Assembly: GCF_001194135.2 (NCBI RefSeq)
Contig: NC_068983.1
Span: forward strand, 151,849,466 to 151,897,395
Length of the DNA: 47,930 bases
Origin: Octopus bimaculoides
Taxonomy: Eukaryota
Direction: 5' to 3'
The notes under the pieces are model-generated. The model was not told where the DNA came from. It saw nothing but the letters and a program-made list of their open reading frames with translations, and searched no databases. Each line of letters opens with the position of its first letter. The stretch's first letter is position 1. The translations under genes were made by a program, and so were the position numbers. Below are positions 1 to 10,629 of the stretch, one piece after another.

Positions 1-105
1 ATATATACGATGGGCTTCTTTCAGTTTCCATCTACCAAATCCACTCACAAGGCTTTGGTCAGCCCGAGGCTATAGTAGAAGACACTTGCCCAAGGTGCCA
101 CGCAG
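1..105 (-). mobile_element. tRNA-derived SINE family A (CORE-like), partial
   Basis: Reverse complement matches the 5' half of the copies at 1777-2153 and 26735-27150 (GTGGCACCTTGGGCAAGTGTCTTCTACTATAGCCTCGGG...GAAAGAAGCCC). Confidence 0.85.
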
Positions 106-113
106 ATATATAG

Positions 114-159
<46 letters not shown>

Positions 160-649
160 TATACTCACACGTTTACACACAATGCACCTTTCTGCCTCTG
201 TATATCTCTCTCTACTTCTCTCACTCTATCTTTCTACATCTCCCTCTTAATCATCTTCCGCTCTTTCACTTCCCTCTGTATATACATACAAACCTCTCCC
301 TGTTTCATTCTGTACAGCACCACTTAAACATCCCCCCCCCCCGCGTATTTGTCNNNNNNNNNNACATCCCCCCCCCCCGCGTATTTGTCGGGACGTCTAA
401 CATTTCCTTTCATCTTCAATTTATTAGTTGTTTATTATTACACAACTATTTTATGGCTTTACAGTTGATATTGTTTCATGTTACAACGTTGTAAATAAGG
501 AAACAACAAGACAATCGTCCTTCACAAATCATCATACGTCCGTACGTGATGTACGTACTTACATACATACACATGTACATAAATACATGCACATGTATAT
601 GTACATACACATACACATACTGCTATATATATAAATACATGTGTATTTA

Positions 650-691
<42 letters not shown>

Positions 692-829
692 CACACACAC
701 ACACATATACATGCCAATAGCTTGAGGTACACGTTCATACAGGTATTCCAGCATGCATACACATATATACAGACAAGCTTGAACGTCATTCAATATACAG
801 AGCTATACAATCACACGAGCACAGCAACG

Positions 830-866
<37 letters not shown>

Positions 867-1734
867 CATAAATACATTATATACATATATTGCTATATAC
901 TAAAATGACAAATAATCGACTACGAATTCTACGGATGGATGATTGACTTCCTTTTCTGAAAAGTATTATAAATACATAACCATGTTCCTGTAGAAATATA
1001 AGCAAATAGGCGCACCGGTATATAGGTATCAGTAACAATGAAGACATATATATATATATATATCTATGTGTATNNNNNNNNNNNNNNNNNNNNNNNNNNN
1101 NNNNNNNNNNNNNNNNNNNNNNNNNNNNNNNNNNNNNNNNNNNNNNNNNNNNNNNNNNNNNNNNNNNNNNNNNNNNNNNNNNNNNNNNNNNNNNNNNNNN
1201 NNNNNNNNNNNNNNNNNNNNNNNNNNNNNNNNNNNNNNNNNNNNNNNNNNNNNNNNNNNNNNNNNNNNNNNNNNNNNNNNNNNNNNNNNNNNNNNNNNNN
1301 NNNNNNNNNNNNNNNNNNNNNNNNNNNNNNNNNNNNNNNNNNNNNNNNNNNNNNNNNNNNNNNNNNNNNNNNNNNNNNNNNNNNNNNNNNNNNNNNNNNN
1401 NNNNNNNNNNNNNNNNNNNNNNNNNNNNNNNNNNNNNNNNNNNNNNNNNNNNNNNNNNNNNNNNNNNNNNNNNNNNNNNNNNNNNNNNNNNNNNNNNNNN
1501 NNNNNNNNNNNNNNNNNNNNNNNNNNNNNATATAATATAAAATAAAATAAAATAAAAATGGATGGCACCATGAAATAAAGTATTGAATGTAGATGAAATA
1601 TTCAGTGTTCAATATAAAGGATCAAATATATTATATTATATATTGTATATTCCATATTCTATACCCCACATTGGTTCTGCAGGAATATAAATAAAACATA
1701 AAAAAACAGACAGTGTTGGAACTCTTTTAAACAA

Positions 1735-1776
<42 letters not shown>

Positions 1777-1780
<4 letters not shown>

Positions 1781-2153
1781 TTTTATTCATTTATTTGTTT
1801 GTCATTTGACTGCCGCCATGTTGGAGCACCGCCTTTCGTCGAACAAATCTTTGTAAGCTTAGTACTTATACTATCGGTCACTTTTCACCGAAGAGCTAAG
1901 TTACGAGGACGTAAATACACCAACATCGGTTGTTAAGCGATGGTGGGGGGACAAACACAGACACACAAACACGTATATATGTGTATATATATAGGACGGT
2001 CTTCTTTCAGTTTCCTTCTACCAAATTCACTCGCAAGGCTTTGGTCAGCCCGAGGGTATAGAAGACACTTGCCCAAGATGCCACGCAGTGTGATTGAACC
2101 AGGAACCATGCGGTTGGTAAGCAAGCTACTTACCACACAGCCACACCTGCGCC
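1777..2153 (-). mobile_element. tRNA-derived SINE family A, full length, with internal (TA)/(TG) microsatellite
   Basis: Minus strand: A-box TGGCTGTGTGG, B-box-like GGTTCAATCAC, CORE-like GGCATCTTGGGCAAGT, and tail GGCGGTGCTCCAACATGGCGGCAGTCAAATGAC plus a GAATA-type end. Homologous to 26735-27150. Confidence 0.9.
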
Positions 2154-2201
2154 TATATATGTGTGTGTGTGTGTATGTGTATGTATGTATGTATGTATGT
2201 A

Positions 2202-2242
<41 letters not shown>

Positions 2243-2254
2243 AANNNNNNNNNN

Positions 2255-2295
<41 letters not shown>

Positions 2296-2522
2296 GATGA
2301 GATTCAGAGATTCTCCGTATAGTTGACACTTAGTTCTGCTCAAATGATTCAAACTTAGATACGGATGTCTTTACAAAGGATCATTTCACAAGGTAAATAG
2401 AGACTGTAAGAGGGTTCAACTTGAGCGGGTATAGAGGTAGTTAAGCGGATAAAAAAATAGCCACATCAAATATATTAAACATATTCTTTTCTGCCCTAGG
2501 CACAATGCCCGAAAGTTTTTCA

Positions 2523-2657
2523 AAATTTGAACTTAGAACATAAAGATAGACGAAATACCGCTAGGCATTTCGCCTTGCATGCTACTGATTCTGCCAGCTC
2601 TCCGCCTTAAGCATTTTGCCCAGTGTGCTAACGTTTCTGCTAGCTCGCCGCCTTAAT
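2523..2657 (-). mobile_element. Two truncated SINE family C heads
   Basis: Reverse complement gives TTAAGGCGGCGAGCTAGCAGAAACGTTAGCAC and TTAAGGCGGAGAGCTGGCAGAATC, matching the heads at 6761 and 6992. Confidence 0.7.
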
Positions 2658-2817
2658 ATATCAAATACATTAAATACAAAATATGTATTGGGTCATCTCT
2701 TAAATAATGAGATCTTTTCAATTGCATGAAAATTTCACATGATGAAATTTTATGTATGAATATATAGATATTTATATTAACAACACAGAGTAGAAATGAC
2801 AGAGAAATTTTTTTAAA

Positions 2818-3028
2818 ACGCTCCAGAAGTTGAGGGAACTTGTCTACGAAGTTATTCCATACCCAGGTTATTCCCCAGACCTTTCTGCTATCGACTACCG
2901 CTTTTTCAGGCAGGAAACCAATGCTGAAAGTTCATCAGCTCTAAAACTCCAGATTTTCATGTTAGCGGAATAAAGAAGCTTGTAACTCGTTGAAAAAAAT
3001 ATGTTGCTTGCAATGGTACTTACTTTAA
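2818..3028 (+). mobile_element. Mariner transposase C-terminal relic
   Basis: Translates to TLQKLRELVYEVIPYPGYSPDLSAIDYRFF and GIKKLVTR*KKYVACNGTYF, i.e. the mariner HPPYSPDL-x3-D and LVxRWxKCVxxNGxYF motifs, with a deletion and a stop. Confidence 0.9.
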
Positions 3029-3214
3029 TACAGGTCTATGTTTAAGAGATGAGGAATTATGTACATTATTTACATTATTTACATTTGACGGATACTTGTC
3101 CTCATCTTGTTTGTTGTTAACATAATGTTTCAGCTGATATACCCTCCAGCCATCATCAGGAGTCTTGGGGAAATTTCGCACCAGGGTTCTTATTCCTAAG
3201 GTATTTTTCGATGA

Positions 3215-3263
<49 letters not shown>

Positions 3264-3340
3264 GTTATTATTCAGGTCACTGCCTGGAATCGAACTCGGT
3301 ATCTTGGGGTTAGTAGCCTGCGCTCTTAAGCACTATGCCC
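3029..3340 (-). mobile_element. Composite SINE-like element: tRNA-derived head + (AAT)n + hammerhead-containing Penelope-like 3' module
   Basis: Homologous along its length to 28776-29035 (opposite strand). B-box GAGTTCGATTCC in the head; HHR core CTGATGA at 3159-3153. Confidence 0.85.
3119..3164 (-). ncRNA. Minimal hammerhead ribozyme motif (degenerate stems I and III)
   Basis: Minus strand: GACTC-CTGATGA-T-GGCTG-GAGGGTATAT-CAGCT-GAAA-CATT-ATGTT. Core is intact, and its mismatches differ from those in the 28932 copy. Confidence 0.7.
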
Positions 3341-3497
3341 ACAGGCATATGGTGTAGTGCTTAAGAGCGCGGTGAGTTCGCATGGCAACTTTGAGTTTGC
3401 TCATTTGAAAGGCGTGGACTCTAGGGCAAAGTACCCCATCTTTAAAATGTGGCCGAGTAGACCAGAATGAAATCGGGTTGTAATACTAGAATATATA

Positions 3498-3529
<32 letters not shown>

Positions 3530-3539
3530 NNNNNNNNNN

Positions 3540-3580
<41 letters not shown>

Positions 3581-4093
3581 TTTAAATTTGTTTAAGAGAA
3601 ACGTTCTGAATATGCACATAAAGCTTCTATTCCATATACTGGTTATAGTCAAATGATGGTGACTGGTGAACCAGTTTTGGGGGTTGCATCGCACTGTACC
3701 AATATAATATAAGATAAATATAATAATAATAACAATAATCCTTGGTTGGCATTTATAAAAATTTAATGCATCACTACTCCGGTTTCTACAATTCACCTGT
3801 CTCCCAAGATTACAGTCCGTATTCCTGGAATGATTACCGTGCAGTCCGTAGTATCCGTGGGTATCAGGTTGATCATCTTCATGAATTCATTTCTTCAGGA
3901 GGTACAACATTAATGGATGTTCAACAGAGGGATGCCTATCCCTTTGCCCAGTGCGAAGCTTGATTGAGTTATGTCGGTATTTCTGTGTGTATCTGACAAG
4001 GAAGAGTAGGAGGGGATGAAAAGAGAAGAAAGAATGATAGTTATAGGGTGATGGAGATGTATTGTTGCCATGTTGGACTTATTTTGCTCTTCA

Positions 4094-4135
<42 letters not shown>

Positions 4136-4275
4136 TTTTATCTAGTTTCAGCCCATGAGCTGTGGCCATGCTTGGGCACCGCCATTTAAAATAATGAGGT
4201 AGATATATGATNNNNNNNNNNNNNNNNNNNNNNNNNATATATGATGAATGAGGAGAATCGAGAAATAGAACAAAG

Positions 4276-4660
4276 TTGTTGTTGTTGGCACTCCGTCGCT
4301 TACGACGTCGAGGGTTCCAGTTGATCCGATCAACGGAACAGCCTGCTCGTGAAATTAATGTGCAAGTGGCTGAGCACTCCACAGACACGTGTACACTTAA
4401 CGTAGTTTTCGAGGATATTCAGCGTGACACAGAGTGTGACAAGGCTGACCCTTTGAATTACAGGCACAGCAGAAACAGGAAGAGTGAGAGAAAGTTGTGG
4501 TGAAAGAGTACAGCAGGGTTCGCCAACATCTCCTGCCGGAGCCTCGTGGAGCTTTAGGTGTTTTCGCTCAATAAACACTCAGAACGCTCGGTCTTGGAAT
4601 CGAGACTGCGATCCTATGACTACGAGTCCGGTACCCTAACCACTGGGCCATTGCGCCTCC
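4276..4660 (-). mobile_element. tRNA(Arg)-like SINE family B, full length
   Basis: Head GGAGGCGCAATGGCCCAGTGGTTAGGG, (CAA)n tail, 12-bp TSD AATAGAACAAAG (4264-4275 and 4661-4672). Confidence 0.95.
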
Positions 4661-4736
4661 AATAGAACAAAGAACAAGAGGAAAAAGCTGTGACGAAAGT
4701 ATTATTTGCATAACGCTTGAAAGAATAGGAAAGCAT

Positions 4737-4774
4737 TCTTTAACGTTTCAGACGGTAGCCTTTCGTCAGAAATA
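4737..4774 (-). ncRNA. Minimal hammerhead ribozyme motif, canonical core
   Basis: Minus strand: TATTT-CTGACGA-A-AGGC-TACC-GTCT-GAAA-CGT-T-AAAGA. Stem II 4 bp, palindromic stem III ACGT, GUU site, short stem I. Confidence 0.7.
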
Positions 4775-5320
4775 TTAAAACGGAGGAAATTTGGCGAACA
4801 GAAGGAAAGAGAGGCTAGGTGGTCACGATAGGAAATCCTTTGTTTAAATTTTGCAGAATGACAGCCACAAGATGAACAGTAACAATAACAGAAATAATAG
4901 CGACTCCCCATCTTTACGACTTCCACTATCGTCACCAATATTAACTATAACAAAGGAAACAGCAAGTCAACCTTCGAATCACCATATGTATAGCAACAAC
5001 GAGAACAACAACAACGACCACAACTATTAATACTGCCACCATCACCATCACTGTCACCACCGTCACCACTATCACTACAACTACTACAGCCACCTTCATT
5101 AAGATGATAAACATTATTATGATGATCATCGTCATCATCATTTACAACATTGACAACGATATTAAATAAAGGTTTAATGCAATCATTATTGCTGTTTTCT
5201 CACTGGTCTTAGCTATACGTATTATCAAATATTCATGGAATATCGTAAATATTTGATCATCTTTTCCACCCACTCTCCTCTGGTGTTGATAATGTGGCAT
5301 TCGGAGAAATTGCTGTTCAC

Positions 5321-5321
<1 letters not shown>

Positions 5322-5351
<30 letters not shown>

Positions 5352-5403
5352 CTTCTTCTTCTTCTTCTTCTTCTTCTTCTTCTTCTTCTTCTTCTTCTTC
5401 TTC
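5322..5403. repeat. (CTT)n microsatellite running into a gap
   Basis: Directly visible. Confidence 0.98.
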
Positions 5404-5776
5404 TCTCTTCTTCTNNNNNNNNNNNNNNNNNNNNNNNNNNNNNNNNNNNNNNNNNNNNNNNNNNNNNNNNNNNNNNNNNNNNNNNNNNNNNNNNNNNNNN
5501 NNNNNNNNNNNNNNNNNNNNNNNNNNNNNNNNNNNNNNNNNNNNNNNNNNNNNNNNNNNNNNNNNNNNNNNNNNNNNNNNNNNNNNNNNNNNNNNNNNNN
5601 NNNNNNNNNNNNNNNNNNNNNNNNNNNNNNNNNNNNNNNNNNNNNNNNNNNNNNNNNNNNNNTCCCATTCTCCTTCAAGCCATTATCCTCCTCTTCCCCT
5701 CCCCACAATCTCCTCCTCCTCCTCCTCTTCATCGTCATCATTATTAGCATTGTTCATGTTGCGCTTGTGGCGGCGA

Positions 5777-5797
5777 TTATTATTATTATTATTATTA

Positions 5798-5847
<50 letters not shown>

Positions 5848-5848
5848 G
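5777..5848. repeat. (ATT)n microsatellite
   Basis: Directly visible. Confidence 0.98.
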
Positions 5849-6624
5849 ATTGTGGGTTGCGCGATGACAATGATGGACAGATGGACACAGATGCTGAAGT
5901 CAATTTGATAACGACTTCTTGATGAAGACACGGGTATTGTTTTTATAGTTATTTATAGTTTGCTGTAGTTGGCGTCATCGTCATCGTTTCTCGTCCTATT
6001 ATGATATCGTTTTCGTTGTCGCTGTTGTTCTTATTGCAGTCCATTACCATCGTCGTCGTGGTGGTGGTGGTGGTTGTTGTTGAAGTGACAATGTATTAAG
6101 AAAACCGAAGCAGGGAAAATAGTTTGTAAACGTGTTTAATTTAAGGCGGGAACATGGCCAAAAAAAAGTACAAAAATACAAACAACTAAAACAATCAATA
6201 TCTCAAAAGAAATAAAATATACAAAAAAGAAAAACTACATAAAAATTTAAGGTCGTTTTTCATATTGCTTTAATCTAGAGTAAAAAATAACAAAAATGCC
6301 ACGTTTGTCAAAATGGCCGCCTTAGAAGAATGTCGCCACGAAATGTTTTTAGAATATTTATTCCTTTCTTCTCGCTGGATATGGAGTTCAAATCCCGCCG
6401 GGATTGGTTTTGGTTTACAATTTCATTACAATAATTTACTGATACAATTAATTAAAGCAAATGAATTTTTACATTAAAGAATTCATCTTATTTGCAAATA
6501 AGGAAAGCCCTGTTAAAAGGCACCGGTTTGACAGATATGATAGATTAGTGGACTTAACACATATGAATAGTTGTGACGGTCACTTCGCTCTAAATCGCAG
6601 CTTCTGTAAGCAAAATACCAATGA

Positions 6625-6721
6625 CATACGACTGCCGCCATGCTGGAGCACCGCCTTTAGTCGAGCAAATCGACCCCAGGACTTATTCTTTCTAAGCCCA
6701 GTACATATTCTATCGGTCTCT
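6625..6721 (-). mobile_element. SINE family A 3' fragment
   Basis: GCCATGCTGGAGCACCGCCTTTAGTCGAGCAAATCGACCCCAGG matches the family A tail. Confidence 0.85.
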
Positions 6722-6760
6722 GTGGAATCTTGACTAGTTTCGTCGCAATATTTAATATCG

Positions 6761-6980
6761 TTAAGGCGGCGAGCTGGCAGAATCGTTAGGACGCCGAGTA
6801 AAATGCTTTGCAGCATTTCGTCCGTCATTACGTTCTGAATTCAAATCCCGCTGGGGTTGATATTGCCATCCATCCTTTGGGGAGTCGATAAAATAAATAC
6901 CAGTTGAGTATTGGGGTCGATCAAATCAACTTACCTTCTCCCTCGAAATTGCTGGCCTCGTGCCAAAATTTGAAATCAAT
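6761..6980 (+). mobile_element. tRNA-derived SINE family C (copy 1 of a tandem pair)
   Basis: Head TTAAGGCGGCGAGCTGGCAGAATCG, B-box-like GAATTCAAATCC, middle CATCCTTTGGGGAGTCGATAAAATAAATACC, tail GCCAAAATTTGAAATCAAT. Confidence 0.85.
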
Positions 6981-6991
6981 ATTCAATATCG

Positions 6992-7212
6992 TTAAGGCGG
7001 CGAGATGGCAGAATCGTTAGCACGTCAGGCAAAATACTTAGCAGCATTTCATTCGTCTTTTCACCCTGAGTTCAAATCACGCTGGCGTTGACTTCGCTTT
7101 CATCCTTTTAGGGTTGATACAATAAGTACCAGTTGAGCACTGGGGTCAATGTAATCGACTAAAACCTTCAACCTGAAATTGCTGGCGTTGTGCCAGAATT
7201 TGAAACCAATTT
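6992..7212 (+). mobile_element. tRNA-derived SINE family C (copy 2 of a tandem pair)
   Basis: Colinear, diverged homolog of 6761-6980; B-box GAGTTCAAATC. Confidence 0.85.
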
Positions 7213-7321
7213 CTAATATCGTTCTCTAGTCTGTGATGAGACCACTAAATTCGTGGTAGAGAGCAATAATTAGCTGAATCAATAAAAACGGCGTATTCCA
7301 TAATTTGTTGTATTGCGTTAT

Positions 7322-7704
7322 TGTTGGCACTCCGTCGTTTACGACGTCGAGGGTTCCAGTTGATCGAATCAACGGAACGGCCTGCTCGTGAAATTAACGT
7401 GCAAGTGGCTGAGCACTCCACAGACACGTGTGCCCTTAACGTAGTTCTCGGGGATATTCAGCGTGACACAGTGTGACAAGGCTAACCCTTTGAATTACAG
7501 GCACAACAGAAACAGGAAGAAAGAGTGAGAGAAAGTTGTGGTGGAAGAGTACAGCAGGGTTCGCCGCCATCCCCTGCCGGAGCCTCGTGGAGCTTTAGGT
7601 GTTTTCGCTCAATAAACACTCACAACGCCTCGGTTTGGGAATCGAAACCGCGATCCTATGACAGCGAGTCCGCTGCCCTAACCACTGGGCCATTGCACCT
7701 CCTA
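7322..7704 (-). mobile_element. SINE family B, full length
   Basis: Homologous to 4276-4660; 11-bp TSD TATTGCGTTAT (7311-7321 and 7705-7715). Confidence 0.95.
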
Positions 7705-8955
7705 TATTGCGTTATATATCCTTAATTACACAAATGGCTTCTATGTTGGCGCAGGATCTGCTAGGAAGTCCAATAAAAATCGCCTTCAAAATCACTAATT
7801 AATTTCTTAAAGAGCGAAAGAAATAATAGAGAATGTATTTAAGGGGGGTATTGTTGCGAGAATAAATAAACAGGATTATGATGCTGGGATTAATTTTCAT
7901 ATAACTGCTCAATTGGATCCGAACTGGGACTAAATAATAATACCATCACCAATAGCAGGAATAAAACAAAAACAAATCAACAAGTTTAACAAGAACCTCT
8001 TTTGAGTTCAAGGATGTCGTGGCAACCCTTTTTACCTTTTATATTGCCGGTGGGTGAGGATGATAGTGAAAAAAAATACATGTGATATTATGTGGTTGAG
8101 TTAATCAGCAATATATTCCTTCAGAATTTTTGGACGTATACCAATGTTAAGAATCGAATGTAATAAAGTTCGTTTACCTTCTGTGTTTATGGTTTTAAAT
8201 TAGCAGTAGAAGGCTGTGGTGTGGTTACCAGATTCGGAAAAGCGGCAAACAGCTTACCTTGCATTAGCAATTTATATGGTTTCCGAATATGAGTTCAAGC
8301 TTGCATTTCATCCTTCCTAAATTAATAAGATGCTAAAGTACGTGTCATGTAGTGGTATCCTTATCTAACGATGTTCTCATTTCCTATTTATGGATTAGTA
8401 TTTTGTTACAGTTCGTGGAGCAGCGGACAAAATTCTTTGTGGCATCCATTTATAACTGATTCTAAGACGCCATCTCGCGAGTGGTGACTGTGACTTTTAT
8501 TTTTCTAGTTCGACAAGGTGCGAAGCTCGGGTATCAGGGATTCACTTCTGGTCTAGCTACTATTCCGCGCTGAGGGGTCACAGATTTGATATTGCGAACG
8601 TTGATATACACACATTAGTCCACACATCCATTCACACATTCAAACGCACATTCACATATTCATTCACATATATTTATACAGTCATTCATTCTCACACGCG
8701 CACACACACTCACACACACACACACGCACACACACACACACAGACACAGACACAGACACAGACACAGACACACACACACACACACACNNNNNNNNNNNNN
8801 NNNNNNNNNNNNNNNNNNNNNNNNNNNNNNNNNNNNNNNNNNNNNNNNNNNNNNNNNNNNNNNNNNNNNNNNNNNNNNNNNNNNNNNNNNNNNNNNNNNN
8901 NNNNNNNNNNNNNNNNNNNNNNNNNNNNNNNNNNNNNNNNNNNNNNNNNNNNNNN

Positions 8956-9000
<45 letters not shown>

Positions 9001-9217
9001 TGCAGAATATTTCCGTTTAAACATATAACGAACGAAGACAAACCATATTTTAGACCATAGTGCTCAATACATGAAGGCATCGAATTCATTTCATTAAAAA
9101 TAATGATACATAAATTAAACTCGTCTTATTTTGTTCACTAAATAGAATTGCAAACTACACTTCGTGAAAGAAATGAGAATATCGTATTCCAGAGGAATTG
9201 TTTTTGAAACATACATA

Positions 9218-9517
9218 CGTGGTCTGATCAATAAGTATCCGGATGGTTGCTATAGTAACGAAGCTGAAGTACGTACTGTGAAGCCGCTTGGCACAGATTG
9301 ACCTTGACCGTGAACCCTCCTGAGCATGCGCATTAAATTTTAACGTTCTAGCTCACTTCCACTGTTTACAGCAATGCTTGATAGAAACGTGTATAGCGGA
9401 AGTGAGCTAGAACGGTAAATATTCGTGCGCATGCACAGCAGAGTTCAAAATCATCTGACCCAGGCGGCTTCACTCTGCATCGTTACTATGGCAACAGACC
9501 TTATTGATCAGACCTCG
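9218..9517. mobile_element. Mariner-type fold-back MITE (300 bp)
   Basis: TIRs CG(T/A)GGTCTGATCAATAAG, TA on both sides, and an imperfect palindrome along almost its whole length (e.g. GTTCTAGCTCACTTCC / GGAAGTGAGCTAGAAC). Confidence 0.9.
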
Positions 9518-9775
9518 TACATACATAAATACATACATACATAATACATACATACATACATACAAGCATGCATATGTACATACATACATACATACATACA
9601 TAGATACATACAAGCATGCATATGTACATACATACATGCATACATACATACATACATACATACTTACATACATACGTACATACATACATACATACATGCG
9701 TACATACAAGCATGCACATGTACATGCATACATGCATGCATACATACATACATGCATGCATTCATGCATACATAC
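9518..9775. repeat. (TACA)n / (TGCA) compound microsatellite
   Basis: Directly visible. Confidence 0.95.
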
Positions 9776-10592
9776 AGACAGACTTAAATAGGCTGAAGGT
9801 TACACGAAAATTTATAGACACAGAATGATGCATACACACTCAGAAATAAAAGAAGGAGAGGGAGAGAGAGATAGAGAGAGAGAGAGAGAGATAGAGACAG
9901 ACAGAGAGACAGAGAGTGCAAGAAACACAGGGAAAGAGATAGAAATACATATATGATAGGTATGCATTCATAGAACAGCAGTATGAATATATAGACTATA
10001 GAGACAGATGGAACGATAACTTAAGTGAATCATAACAATATGAAGATTAAGAAGTGTGTATGAGATAGAAAGGCAGACAGAGACAAACGGACATTGAGTT
10101 GAAAAGTCAGTTAGTGAAGTGGAGTATGCGAGAGTGACATTATCTATATAGAAGTAATAAAATTTCGATGCTATACACGCTGACTTGCAGGAGTTGTTCA
10201 GTGAATAATGACACGACTTCCACGTCAGGACAGATAGATAAATTGCCTGGTTTCAATGAGAGATTAGCAACGACTACGTTCCACTTGAAACATTTCATGT
10301 TTTATTGACTATCAACAAAACTCTATCTTCATTAAGACACATAAAGACATCGCATACACACACACACACACACATACACACACACACACATACACACACA
10401 CACAAACATACTCATACTCAAGGAAATACAACAGAAATTAACACTTATTTTATATTACAATATACGTATATGTATACGTATGCATGTGTGTATGTATTTA
10501 TATATAATATATATATACACATACATATATATATATGTGTGTGTGTGTGTATAGATACACACACACATACGCACCCCCCCACACATACATAC

Positions 10593-10629
<37 letters not shown>

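Noticed and set aside
328-389. Short duplications on both sides of 10-N gaps (also 35262-35345 and within 43800-43990)
   Set aside because: Gap-filling artefacts.
7233-7264. GTGATGA-GACCAC..GTGGT-AGAG hairpin
   Set aside because: Both conserved boxes are mutated and stems I and III are not evident.
8468-8481. Overlapping YY1-like CGCCATCT and TCTCGCGAG motif as a promoter
   Set aside because: A short motif with no supporting TSS, CpG island or exon evidence.
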